This document shows, piece after piece, positions 15,897 through 25,141 of a DNA stretch of 52,556 bases (positions are counted from its first letter, which is position 1; each line of letters begins with the position of its first letter). Origin of the DNA: Candidatus Micrarchaeota archaeon (GTDB lineage: Archaea; Micrarchaeota; Micrarchaeia; Micrarchaeales; Micrarchaeaceae); the NCBI GenBank assembly GCA_028867285.1, contig JAGWGP010000001.1, positions 1 through 52,556 on the forward strand. Reading direction: 5' to 3'. The notes beneath the pieces were generated by a model that made no database searches, was not told the DNA's origin, and saw only the letters and a program-made list of their open reading frames with translations. Made by a program: the position numbers and the translations under genes.

Positions 15897-16288
15897 AATT
15901 TCAGCAGCTCCACAAGCCTCTTGGCTTCTGAGGCCGTTATCTCCTTGTGCCTGGAGAACCCGTCGGGCTCCTTGGAGTAGATGGGCAGCACGTGTATGTG
16001 GAAGTGGAATATTATCTGCCCTGCCCCCTTCCCTATGTTGGTGGATATCCTCATGCTGTCCGCACCGAGCTTCTCCCTTTGCATTATGGCCACCTTCTTA
16101 GCTATGGAGAATGCACTGCCGATTGTGGCGTCGTCGGATTCCAGCATGTCCTTTACGTGCTTCTTGGTTATGACAAGGACATGCCCCTTCGCGGATGGAA
16201 ACCTGTCAGGGACCACGAATACCTCGTCGTCCTGATAGATGAACGACTCCTTGGCCGTGTCCCTCACGTTGCAGAATATGCAGTCCAT
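15893..16288 (-). CDS. HIT (histidine triad) family nucleotide hydrolase
   Basis: CIFC N-terminus and the HFHIHVLP histidine triad motif. Confidence 0.9.
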   Translation of the reverse strand: MDCIFCNVRDTAKESFIYQDDEVFVVPDRFPSAKGHVLVITKKHVKDMLESDDATIGSAFSIAKKVAIMQREKLGADSMRISTNIGKGAGQIIFHFHIHVLPIYSKEPDGFSRHKEITASEAKRLVELLKF

Positions 16289-16340
16289 GATGTAATATGC
16301 ACTCCAAGGTTTATAAGTTTGCGCAGGAGTAGAAAATGAA

Positions 16341-16415
16341 TGGGCCTGGTGAGATTTGAACTCACGACATCTGGCTTATAAGACCAGCGCTCTAACCATG
16401 CTGAGCTACAAGCCC
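16341..16415 (-). tRNA. tRNA-Ile (anticodon UAU)
   Basis: Reverse strand reads GGGCTTG-TA-GCTC-AGCATGGTTA-GAGC-G-CTGGT-CTTATAA-GCCAG-ATGTC-GTGAG-TTCAAAT-CTCAC-CAGGCCC-A, a full cloverleaf. Anticodon-loop positions 34-36 are TAT. Confidence 0.85.
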
Positions 16416-16447
16416 CTGATTAATTTTCGTCGGAAAGGTATTAAGCA

Positions 16448-19400
16448 CTACGGCATCGTGTAGTTATTCGTGACCCAAGAGGGCTTCGCCTGCTTGACCG
16501 GCAGGGTGCCGGTGTAGTTGTTGAGCTGGTATATCATTATCGGGTTGGTGTAGTTGACCATGTTAACCCCCTGGGGCGTGCTCGGGTACACCAGGGTGAA
16601 GCCCGGCAGGTCGTGCAGGAAGAATCCCCTGTAGAAGTTTGACGTGTAGAAGCCCGACGGCGGGTTGGTTATGGTACCGTTGGGGCCGTTGGGCAGGTAT
16701 ATCATGAGGAACTGGACCACCTGCACACCTGAGACGCTGAAGCTGCCGAACGCCAGGCTGCTCTGTATGACCATGTTGGTCGGCCTGCCGGCGGTGTCGT
16801 AGACCTTGAGCACCCCGTTCTTGTCGGGATTAGTGCTGACGCACACGGTCTGGTTCTCGAGCGAGTTGCCGTTCACCAGGAACGCCCTCGCGTAGACGTT
16901 TGTGGCGTTGGATATCGAGCAGTATGTGTTTATGTTCTGCTGTATTCCCGACTGCGGGACCAACGCCGCATAGGGCACCAGTGCGAATTGCGGATCGTGG
17001 TTTATCTCGCAGTTTGAGTTGCCCAGCATGTAAGGCACGGGCGGGTTCTGTAGGGCACCCTGACCTATGGCGAATGCCCTTGAAGTGGCATTGACGTTGA
17101 CGCACGCGAGGAAGTCCAGGGCCTGCCACTTGGATATCAGGTCCTGGTCGAACAGTACGTACTTGGTCTGGTTTGTGTTCATGTAGTTTGCCAGCGTCTG
17201 CGGCGAGTAGTTGTAGCTCGGGCCGAGCACGAAGTTTGCGGCGGTGCCGTAGTCCTCCTGGGCGTAGGCGTTGTCGCCCCTGAGCACGGCGTTGCTGTTG
17301 CCGAACCAGTTTATCCAGTCCCCGTAGTCCCACCATGCGAGTATCCTGGGGGCATAGGGGCCCACGTTCTGCCTCATCCATGCGGTGGCCTGCACCCAGT
17401 AGCCCTGCACCTGGTTGCAGAACAGGTTGGCGCCCATCGCGTTGCCGCTTGCCTGGAATGCGGAGCACGCCTGCGACGGGTTGCTGGCGAACGTGGCAGC
17501 CCCAGCAAAGAGCTGCACGAACGATGCGCTCTCAGAGAGGAAGAACGTTCCGGATATGAACGGGAATATGAACAGTATCACAGTCAGTATTATCAGGTTC
17601 CTGTCTGCCTTGCTCAGCGCGGCCTTCTTTATCAGCTTGGCGTCTGCAATGAGATATATCAGGGAGAGAACCAGCGCCGGGACCCCGAACAGGAGGAACA
17701 GGCTTATGATTAACGCCCCGCCCATGAGCTGCCTGTGGGTCGTGTATACATCGGAGGGGAAGTGCTCGGTGGTGGCCCCGCCGGAATTGACCGCAAGCCT
17801 CCTTCCGCTGTGGTAGAAGTATGCAAGCTCGCCTATGGTAATGCAGAACAGCATGATGTATGCCACGCCGAGGTGGGGCAGGTACTTCACCTCAGAGAAT
17901 CCCGCGAACATTAGCGGGAGGGCGATGCCCAGGTAAAGCACAGCCGTCCTGCTGTTCCTGACTATTATGCTCACCGCCAGCATGATTATGCTCATTATCG
18001 ATACTGCCCAGACGAATATTGGCAGGCCAAACAGGTTTGCGCCTATTGCGCCGAAGCCCGCCGCGCCGAAGTTGTAGAGGAGACCTGTCGGGATGTACTC
18101 CTGGACCGTCATGAACAGCGCCTTCGACGGCGTTGTGAACTTAGCGCTCAGCTGCAGGTATCCCTGCACGGGCTTCCCGAGAGGAGTGAGCAGCACAAGC
18201 AGCCCGACTATTATGAATATGCCAATTACCACCGCAAGCCTCGACACCGCGGTCGGATTCCTGGATACCATCGGGGAGAGCCTCTTGGACAGGACCTCGA
18301 TCACTGCCACCATGACCAACGAGGCTATGGGGAATGCGATGGTGGTGGGTATGCCGACTATCGTCGGTATGCCTCCGCCGTATACCGCCTTGTACGGCTC
18401 GTATATCGCCAGGAATATGGCTATAACGGCAAGAACTATGCCGTTCATCTTGTAGAAGTCGAGGCTGACCTTGCCCTCCCTTATGATGTCTATGACCCCC
18501 TGGAAGATTATGTAGACCGCGAGTATCCCGGCGTCAACCGTGTAGTAGTGCGCGCCCAGGAACGTGGAAACGAATGCGAGCCCGGCGAGTATGGCGAGGC
18601 TCTTGCTCTTCGGGTTCCTTATCGCAATCATGTATGCGGCGAAGAAGAAGAACAGCGAGAATATCCCCCACGGCTCTAGCAGCTGCTCGCCAGCTATGAA
18701 GGTTGTTAGCAGCACCGGCATCATGGATGTGAATGCGGCACCTATGAGCGCGATCCTGGCGTCGTACTCATGATACAGCAGCATGAATATCACGAACACC
18801 AGTAGCGCCGCCGTTATCGGAGGGTAGACGCTGGACACCAGGCTCATGAGCGTGGTGCTGAAGTTGGCGAGGTGATATGTGCTGGAGTTGACCAGGCTGT
18901 ACCAGTATGCCTCTATGTAGGGGACGAGGGGCTGTATCCTCATCACCGTGCCGTTGGCTACGGCGGGCCATGCGGATGTGGAGAGGTAGAACTGGCTTCC
19001 GAAAGTGAGTATGGACTGGGTAGCCAGCATGTCGAAGTATGGATCGAACTCGAAGAACGTCGGGGAGACGCTTATGTTTATTATCCTGGTGTAGAAGGTT
19101 ATCAGCATCAGCGCGAGCAGTATGGCCCAGACCCACCAGGGCGTCTGCTTCCTTGCGTGGGTGTGCTCGTGATGGACCTGGGGGGCTGGCTGCTCGTGCC
19201 TCTTCTCGGTTATGAACGAGCTGAACGAGGTGGCGAACGGGCCGAAGCCTCCTGTGAGCGCCACGAGTATGAGCCCTATTACGGTGAGCACAAGCGCGTT
19301 GGCCTCGAAAAGCCCTAGCGAGAACGAGAATGCGCTCGAGTAGTTGATGAGGTAGGATTCAGCCCACGTCATCGCTGCCGGGAATATCAGGCCGAATATG

Positions 19401-19525
19401 AACCCGATGGTGAGCACTTCGAACATGTGCAGCTCGGTCTTCCTTAGCAGGGCGTATGCGAGCAGCGCGCCTGGCACGAACATTGACACGAACGCGATGA
19501 CTATGCTCGCTATGATGCCGAACAT
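16448..19525 (-). CDS. aglB: archaeal oligosaccharyltransferase AglB (STT3 family), 1025 aa
   Basis: Multi-pass N-terminal membrane domain and the catalytic WWDYG motif (RILAWWDYGDWINWFG), followed by a large C-terminal globular domain. Confidence 0.92.
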   Translation of the reverse strand: MFGIIASIVIAFVSMFVPGALLAYALLRKTELHMFEVLTIGFIFGLIFPAAMTWAESYLINYSSAFSFSLGLFEANALVLTVIGLILVALTGGFGPFATSFSSFITEKRHEQPAPQVHHEHTHARKQTPWWVWAILLALMLITFYTRIINISVSPTFFEFDPYFDMLATQSILTFGSQFYLSTSAWPAVANGTVMRIQPLVPYIEAYWYSLVNSSTYHLANFSTTLMSLVSSVYPPITAALLVFVIFMLLYHEYDARIALIGAAFTSMMPVLLTTFIAGEQLLEPWGIFSLFFFFAAYMIAIRNPKSKSLAILAGLAFVSTFLGAHYYTVDAGILAVYIIFQGVIDIIREGKVSLDFYKMNGIVLAVIAIFLAIYEPYKAVYGGGIPTIVGIPTTIAFPIASLVMVAVIEVLSKRLSPMVSRNPTAVSRLAVVIGIFIIVGLLVLLTPLGKPVQGYLQLSAKFTTPSKALFMTVQEYIPTGLLYNFGAAGFGAIGANLFGLPIFVWAVSIMSIIMLAVSIIVRNSRTAVLYLGIALPLMFAGFSEVKYLPHLGVAYIMLFCITIGELAYFYHSGRRLAVNSGGATTEHFPSDVYTTHRQLMGGALIISLFLLFGVPALVLSLIYLIADAKLIKKAALSKADRNLIILTVILFIFPFISGTFFLSESASFVQLFAGAATFASNPSQACSAFQASGNAMGANLFCNQVQGYWVQATAWMRQNVGPYAPRILAWWDYGDWINWFGNSNAVLRGDNAYAQEDYGTAANFVLGPSYNYSPQTLANYMNTNQTKYVLFDQDLISKWQALDFLACVNVNATSRAFAIGQGALQNPPVPYMLGNSNCEINHDPQFALVPYAALVPQSGIQQNINTYCSISNATNVYARAFLVNGNSLENQTVCVSTNPDKNGVLKVYDTAGRPTNMVIQSSLAFGSFSVSGVQVVQFLMIYLPNGPNGTITNPPSGFYTSNFYRGFFLHDLPGFTLVYPSTPQGVNMVNYTNPIMIYQLNNYTGTLPVKQAKPSWVTNNYTMP

Positions 19526-19562
19526 GCTAACCAGTTTTAATATGATGCGGGGTTGCTTTGCT

Positions 19563-20186
19563 TCAGCCGCTCATTATCGACTTCGGGAGCTCCACCTTCT
19601 TCATCTCCCTGTCGGGGAAAACCGTGCCCGGGGGCACTATCCTCACCTTGACGCCGATAGCCCCGTACTTCGGGTAGGCGGTGGCCTCGGCCTCAGACAC
19701 CAGGTTGGTGACGTCGCCGGCCTTCGGTATGTAGCCGATGCTCTTCCTGATGGTCTTGGCACGGGCGCCCTTGGCCGCGAGCTTGCCGCTCGCCACTATC
19801 TCTGCGCCGAGCGCACCGTTCTCCATGACCTCCCTCAGGCTGCCCTGTATGATCTTCCTGGCGTTGATGCCCCTCTCTAGCTTCTCCGCTATGCTCTTAG
19901 CGACAAGAAGCGGCTCGAGCATGCGGTTCTCGACCTCCATGACGTTTATCTGGGGGTTCTCGACGCTGAATCTCTTCCTTATCGTATCAGTGATCGTGTC
20001 TATGGTCTTGCCCGCCCTTCCTATTACCCTTCCCGGGTTCAGCACGTAGACGGTTATCCTTGTGAGCACAGGGGTCTTCTGTATCTCCACCCTAGAGAAT
20101 CCGGCCCTGGTCAGTTCCTTTGCCAGGTACTTGGACATGTTCAGCTTTATTATCGCGTCATCTATGAACTTTCTCTCTATTGTCAT
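19563..20186 (-). CDS. rps3: 30S ribosomal protein uS3 (S3)
   Basis: KH-domain motif VIGRAGKTI and full-length similarity to archaeal S3. Last gene of the conserved block. Confidence 0.95.
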   Translation of the reverse strand: MTIERKFIDDAIIKLNMSKYLAKELTRAGFSRVEIQKTPVLTRITVYVLNPGRVIGRAGKTIDTITDTIRKRFSVENPQINVMEVENRMLEPLLVAKSIAEKLERGINARKIIQGSLREVMENGALGAEIVASGKLAAKGARAKTIRKSIGYIPKAGDVTNLVSEAEATAYPKYGAIGVKVRIVPPGTVFPDREMKKVELPKSIMSG

Positions 20187-20188
20187 CG

Positions 20189-20932
20189 TTACACCTTGTT
20201 CTCGGCCGTTGCCACGGGCTTGGGCGCCTCCGGCTTGGCCATCGGCTGCGGTGCCTTAGGCTCCGCCTTTGCCGGCACCTTTGCCTCGTGGTCGTGCTCA
20301 TGGTCGTGCTTGTGCCCCTCGGCCTTCCTCTCCTCCTTCCTCTGCTTCTTCACCGCCTTGAGCCTCCTGTCCTCCTCCCTCTCTACGCGCTTGTTCTCGT
20401 CGAACTTGGAGAAGGTCTTGATAAGCTTCTGCGTCTTCTTGCTGAGCGTCTTCTTGGCATCGGTGCTGAGCCCGATCTCCACCCTTGCGAACTCCAGGTC
20501 GCTCCTCCTCATGGAAGAGTATCCGTAGCCTCCGACAGTGACCGATCTCACCCCCTTCGGGGGCGACCTTCCGGCTATAAGCGTCTTGTTGGCCGCTATG
20601 TGGACAACATACATCAGATCCGGGGCGAAGCCCTTGCTCTCTGCGTTGGCCTTTGCGTTGACCAGCACCTTCTTGACTATGGCGGCGCACTTCTTCGGGA
20701 ACCTTCCCTTCTTGCCCTGCAGCTCGCCCCTGGAGGCCATGTACTTGTTGTGCCTCCTGTAGAGGACAGCCTTGCCGTCGTAGATGACGCCGTCCAGTAT
20801 GTTGAGCGCCGCGTTGACGCTCCTGAACCTCACCGCATCGCAGACCGCGCACAGGTCCTTGTAGCTGGCGTTGATGTCCTTCGCCGCGGCGAAGACCATG
20901 TCGCTCCTGTCAAGATTGTATGAATACTTCAA
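20189..20932 (-). CDS. rpl22: 50S ribosomal protein uL22 (L22) with a roughly 92-aa charged C-terminal extension
   Basis: Residues 1-155 are a complete archaeal uL22 (ending ...RRSDLEFARVEIGL). Residues 156-247 are a K/E/R-rich, HKHDHEHDHE-containing, then AKP-rich tail. Confidence 0.9.
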   Translation of the reverse strand: MKYSYNLDRSDMVFAAAKDINASYKDLCAVCDAVRFRSVNAALNILDGVIYDGKAVLYRRHNKYMASRGELQGKKGRFPKKCAAIVKKVLVNAKANAESKGFAPDLMYVVHIAANKTLIAGRSPPKGVRSVTVGGYGYSSMRRSDLEFARVEIGLSTDAKKTLSKKTQKLIKTFSKFDENKRVEREEDRRLKAVKKQRKEERKAEGHKHDHEHDHEAKVPAKAEPKAPQPMAKPEAPKPVATAENKV

Positions 20933-21325
20933 TTACTTCACCGCAAGGAACTTGCTTCCACGTGTCGCCCTTATTCCTGGGGCGGAGTGGAGCACCCTCT
21001 TCGTCGTGTATGCGAACTCGCCCAGCCTGTGGCCGAGCATATTGGCGCTTATCTGCAGCGCCTGGAACTCCTTTCCGTTGTGGACCTCGAACTTGACGCC
21101 GATCCACGAGGGGATTATGACGGCCTCCCTTATGTGGGTCCTTATAGGCTTGGTCTTGCCCGCCCTCTTGTACTCCTCGACCTTTGCGAGCAGCTTCTTG
21201 TAATCGAGCCCGTTCCTCTTCATGCTCCTCCTCTCCCTGGACTTCACCAGGCCGAGGTACTGCTTCTGGTCCAGCTTCTCGGCGTCTGCCGGGTACATTC
21301 CTCTAAATGCGATCTTCTCTGGCAT
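20933..21325 (-). CDS. rps19: 30S ribosomal protein uS19 (S19)
   Basis: IRTHIREAVIIPSWIGVKFEVHNGKEF...GHRLGEFAYT is the canonical S19 core. Confidence 0.95.
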   Translation of the reverse strand: MPEKIAFRGMYPADAEKLDQKQYLGLVKSRERRSMKRNGLDYKKLLAKVEEYKRAGKTKPIRTHIREAVIIPSWIGVKFEVHNGKEFQALQISANMLGHRLGEFAYTTKRVLHSAPGIRATRGSKFLAVK

Positions 21326-21329
21326 CGAT

Positions 21330-22043
21330 TCATCTCTTCTTCCTTCCTACCCTGCTGGCGGCTATGTGGCCGACCTTCCTTCCCGGCGGCGCGTTCCTGG
21401 AGGTCATGCTGCTCTTTCCCTTGTGGTGCTGCTTGCCTCCGAACGGGTGGTCCACGGGGTTCATCTTTACTCCCCTCTGGACCGGCCAGGTCCTGTTTAG
21501 CGTCCTCATTATGTAGTGTGCCTTTCCTGCCTTTACAAGCGGCTGGTCCGTCATTCCGCCTCCGGCGACGACTCCGAGCTGTGCCCTGCACTCGTTGCTC
21601 AGGTTTATCGTGGACTTGGATGGCATCGATATCGTGGTGCTGTCGCCTATGTGCGCGGATATGTATGCCGCGCCGCCTGCGGATCTCACGTACCTTCCTC
21701 CATCGCCGGGCCTGGACTCCACGTTGTAGACCGGGGCTCCCTCGGGCACGTCGCCGAGCTTCATCACGTTGCCCAGCGAGTAGACCGGCTTGGGCCCTAT
21801 GTGGACCTTGTCCCCTACCTTTATCCCCTCGGGGGCGATCAGGTGGGTCGTGGTGAAGTCCTCAAATAGTATCTCCATCAGCGGAGCGGTGTGTCCCGTG
21901 TGGTTTATGAAGCCGACTACCTCGCCGGATATCTCCTTGTCCCTGTCGTTGGTGTAGGTGACCTTCAGGTCGAAGGTATTGGGCAGCTTCCTGTACACGT
22001 TTGTGCCCTTTCCTCTCCTCTGTTGCCTGAGTCTCTTTCCCAT
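21330..22043 (-). CDS. rpl2: 50S ribosomal protein uL2 (L2)
   Basis: MGKRLRQQRRGKG... and the C-terminal GGKQHHKGKSSMTSRNAPPGRKVG motif. Confidence 0.95.
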   Translation of the reverse strand: MGKRLRQQRRGKGTNVYRKLPNTFDLKVTYTNDRDKEISGEVVGFINHTGHTAPLMEILFEDFTTTHLIAPEGIKVGDKVHIGPKPVYSLGNVMKLGDVPEGAPVYNVESRPGDGGRYVRSAGGAAYISAHIGDSTTISMPSKSTINLSNECRAQLGVVAGGGMTDQPLVKAGKAHYIMRTLNRTWPVQRGVKMNPVDHPFGGKQHHKGKSSMTSRNAPPGRKVGHIAASRVGRKKR

Positions 22044-22045
22044 TG

Positions 22046-22303
22046 TTACACCAGCTTTAGCTTTACCGCGACATCGCTCGCGTTGAATCCCTTGGCGAGC
22101 TTGATGAGCGCCTTCTTCTTGTTGTTCGGCAGGTTTATCGTCCTTATGCTCGCCACCTTGACGCTGAACCTGGACTCGAACTCCTTCGATATGTCGGTCT
22201 TTGATGCCCTGAAGTCCACCATATAGGTTATCGTGTTGTTCCTGTCGACGAAACCCACGGACTTTTCGGTTGACACAGGGTGCATTAGTACGGTCATGAT
22301 CAT
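22046..22303 (-). CDS. rpl23: 50S ribosomal protein uL23 (L23)
   Basis: Start moved to the ATG at 22303, which shares one base with the uL4 TGA (TGATG). The product MIMTVLMHPVSTEKSV... is a typical 85-aa L23. Confidence 0.9.
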   Translation of the reverse strand: MIMTVLMHPVSTEKSVGFVDRNNTITYMVDFRASKTDISKEFESRFSVKVASIRTINLPNNKKKALIKLAKGFNASDVAVKLKLV

Positions 22304-23070
22304 CAGCTCAGCGAGTACTTCTCTATTGCGGAGTCCATGTGCTTTATCGCGCTCTCGCTCCATACTGCCATCCTTCCGGAGTTTCCTCCTGGCGCGAGGA
22401 GGTTGGCCCTCATCGTGGCCACGGTGCAGACGTCAACGCCCGCTATGTTCCTGGCTGCCTTGAGCGCCGGGCTCTCCTTGCTCACCACAAGCAGGACTGA
22501 CCTCTTGTAGTGCCTGATCCTCGATGAGCGCCTGAGCCCCTTCCTTATGCTGGGCTTCCTGCTCTGCTCGAGGTAGTCCGAGAGCTTGAGCTTGTTGAAT
22601 ACGCCGACCATCTCCCTCGCCCTCTTTATCTCCTCTATCTTGTCCTCAACGACAAGAGGCGACTCCCTTGCGGTAGCGGATATGGCGCTAGCGAGGGCCT
22701 TTTGGTACTCCCTCTTGTTTATCCTCTCAATAAGTATCTTCTCGACAACGTGAGGGTGGGCCCTCTTTCCCTTCACTGCGGAGGGTATCCTCTTGACCTT
22801 GCCCTGCACCCCGCCTCCGAGCTTCTCCCTCGGCCTTATCGCCTTACCCATGTGCCTTCCGGTTCTGTACGAGTGCATCGCACCGAAGTACGTGGCTGTG
22901 GTCTGCATGCCGGCAAGCGGGTAGTGGCCCTGCGGCTGGAGCTCGTAGCTCCTCTCCGCTAGCACCGCCCTGCGTATCAGGTCTTCCCTGACCTGCTCGG
23001 AGAACGCCTTCGGCAGTTCCACCGTGCCCTTGTTCGTTCCCTCGATTGAAAGTACGTTAGCTGTTGCCAT
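22303..23070 (-). CDS. rpl4: 50S ribosomal protein uL4 (L4)
   Basis: MATANVLSIEGTNKGTVELPKAF... typical L4/L1e. The ATG at 23070 lies 5 nt after the uL3 stop. Confidence 0.92.
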   Translation of the reverse strand: MATANVLSIEGTNKGTVELPKAFSEQVREDLIRRAVLAERSYELQPQGHYPLAGMQTTATYFGAMHSYRTGRHMGKAIRPREKLGGGVQGKVKRIPSAVKGKRAHPHVVEKILIERINKREYQKALASAISATARESPLVVEDKIEEIKRAREMVGVFNKLKLSDYLEQSRKPSIRKGLRRSSRIRHYKRSVLLVVSKESPALKAARNIAGVDVCTVATMRANLLAPGGNSGRMAVWSESAIKHMDSAIEKYSLS

Positions 23071-23075
23071 TAATA

Positions 23076-24047
23076 TCACTGGTTGAGGTTGAACTGGTTG
23101 ACCTTGGGCTCCTTTATCCCCTTGGAGTTCCTGTTCGTTATCGACTTCTTCACCCTGACGAGCCTCTTGGCCGGGCCCGGAACCGAACCCATGACCACTA
23201 TGTAGTCGTTCCTGACCACCCCGTAGTGCCTGTATCCCTCCTTAGGGTTTATCTTCTGGGCGTCGGCCTTTGTGCCTATCTTAAGTATCCTCTTGTTGTG
23301 CTCGGTCCTGTAGTGGAATCCCATCTGTCCCGCCTGCGGCACTGTGTAAAGCACCTTGCCTGGGCTGAACGGACCCAGGGTACCGACGTGCCTGGTCTTC
23401 TGCGTCGCCTTGTGGAACAGCCTTGCAGTGCCGAACCTCTTTATCGTGCCCTGCCATCCCTTCCCTATGGTTATCGAACTGACGTCGACGTACTCGCCGT
23501 TCTTGAACATCTCGGAGGGAAGCAGCTCCTTCCCGAGCTTCGAGGCTATGAAGTCGAGCTTCTCCTCGATGCTCTTGCCGCCGATGTACGCCTCGAACCT
23601 GACCGGGTGGTGCTGGCCTGTGGCCGTGCCCTTCGGGTACGCCACCGCCAATGCGGTCACATCGGTTATGTCGCCGAGCTTCTGCTTCAGCTGCTCGACC
23701 TTGCTCTCGTCATTCTTCAGGTTCTTTATCTTTAGCTTTGATGCTGATGCCTTGTTGTAGATCTCTGTGTGGGCGACAGGGTAGCCCGACAGGGGATCCC
23801 TTGTGTAAGCCCTTAGCCCGTAGATCTCAGTAGGAGGGACCTCGAGGATCGTGCACGCCTCCGCGACCTCGGTGTTCTTTGACGGAGACTCGCTGTCGTC
23901 TGTCATCGATACCTGGGTCATCCCCACCTTGTAAGCGACTATGTTTGAGAGCACCTGCTCGGTGATGTGCCTGGGCTTGGACCTGCTCCTCGGGAGCCTG
24001 GTCGTGGCCCTCCTCCTGTGCCAATATTGCATTGAGCCTCTGTGCAT
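23076..24047 (-). CDS. rpl3: 50S ribosomal protein uL3 (L3)
   Basis: MHRGSMQYWHRRRA... and FKNGEYVDVSSITIGKGWQGTIKRFG are the canonical L3 core. A GTG at 24056 is an alternative start. Confidence 0.92.
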   Translation of the reverse strand: MHRGSMQYWHRRRATTRLPRSRSKPRHITEQVLSNIVAYKVGMTQVSMTDDSESPSKNTEVAEACTILEVPPTEIYGLRAYTRDPLSGYPVAHTEIYNKASASKLKIKNLKNDESKVEQLKQKLGDITDVTALAVAYPKGTATGQHHPVRFEAYIGGKSIEEKLDFIASKLGKELLPSEMFKNGEYVDVSSITIGKGWQGTIKRFGTARLFHKATQKTRHVGTLGPFSPGKVLYTVPQAGQMGFHYRTEHNKRILKIGTKADAQKINPKEGYRHYGVVRNDYIVVMGSVPGPAKRLVRVKKSITNRNSKGIKEPKVNQFNLNQ

Positions 24048-24162
24048 AGTCAACACTGTAGCATTGTTTTGGCCGAAAAAAGCAGCTTGTCAGTCTGCAC
24101 TGGAGCCAAAATATACGGATAAAAACCGCATATCATATTGTGTTGAATGTTTTTATATACCT

Positions 24163-24426
24163 TTACTTTTTGCCGAGATGCGGAACTTCCGGCGCAGGGA
24201 CCGATTCCAGAACGTGCAGGTCCTTGAGCGCAGAGTTTATCGTCGCCCTCAGCGCGGCGGGATCCCTTGCGGAAATCTCGATCTGAAACACGCCCGGGGT
24301 TTCCTTTATCCTTATGCTGCTCCTTTCGTGAGGGCCCATGTCGCCGAGAGCCCTCCCGTAGCTGATGCCCCTTGACTTGATTATCCTTATAGTGGCCGTG
24401 AACCTGTCGCCGCTCTTTACTGGCAA
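24163..24426 (-). CDS. pcc1: KEOPS complex subunit Pcc1
   Basis: 87 aa. IEISARDPAALRATINSALKDLHVLESV matches the hallmark Pcc1/CTAG motif (A.D..ALRa..NS.Lr). Confidence 0.75.
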   Translation of the reverse strand: MPVKSGDRFTATIRIIKSRGISYGRALGDMGPHERSSIRIKETPGVFQIEISARDPAALRATINSALKDLHVLESVPAPEVPHLGKK

Positions 24427-24430
24427 GCGA

Positions 24431-24997
24431 TCAGTTCCTCATGTTCTGTCTCTTGCTCGGCCTGAGCTTGGCGGTCGTGGAGCTCTTATACCTAAGGCCC
24501 CTGTGCTTCCTGCCCGAGGATGTAAGCCCCCTGAACGCCCTGTTCCTCTGGCCTATTATGCCTGCGTACTTGGGGTCGTTGATTATGGAAGGGCTGCCCC
24601 TGTCCAGGAGTATGACCTCGAAAAACTTGCTAGAGCCTGCAGAGCCGACGAAATAAGAGTTGAGCACCTCGCAGTTGGCGAACTTCCTTGCCGCCCTCTC
24701 CTCGGCTATGGACTGTGAGGACTTCCTCCTGGAGAAGTACATACCGCTCGAGTGGGGCTTCCTTCCGCCCGCGGGGTCCTTCCTCTTCTTCTTGCCTCCC
24801 TTGACCACGACCCTGGCGAGTATGACACCCTGCTTTGCCCTGTAGCCGAGCTTCCTTGCCCTGGCTATGTTGGTGGGCCTCTCTATCCTTATTATTGGAG
24901 CCTCAGTATTCCACTGGATTATCCTGGCCTTGTAGGCGTCGCTTCGCTCCTTGTACTCATTGATGAACGTCTCTCGCATCTGCTTGTACATGCTCAT
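24431..24997 (-). CDS. rpl15e: 50S ribosomal protein eL15 (L15e)
   Basis: MSMYKQMRETF...RIERPTNIARARKLGYRAKQGVILARV...; full-length L15e. Confidence 0.95.
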   Translation of the reverse strand: MSMYKQMRETFINEYKERSDAYKARIIQWNTEAPIIRIERPTNIARARKLGYRAKQGVILARVVVKGGKKKRKDPAGGRKPHSSGMYFSRRKSSQSIAEERAARKFANCEVLNSYFVGSAGSSKFFEVILLDRGSPSIINDPKYAGIIGQRNRAFRGLTSSGRKHRGLRYKSSTTAKLRPSKRQNMRN

Positions 24998-25141
24998 TAA
25001 ATCAGCCGGCCGTATAAATAGAATTTATAGACAGCAATAGTATTGATAGCGCAAAATATATATAACTGCTTTCGTTATATCTACTCCATAGGGGATCTCT
25101 TTTTGCCTTATGGTCCACGGAATATCCGAAGAGTGCGTTTG

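Noticed and set aside
20180-21856. + strand ORFs 20180..20923 and 20987..21856 inside the ribosomal operon
   Set aside because: They are antisense shadows of uL22, uS19 and uL2 with Leu/Arg/Pro/Cys-rich translations and no motifs.
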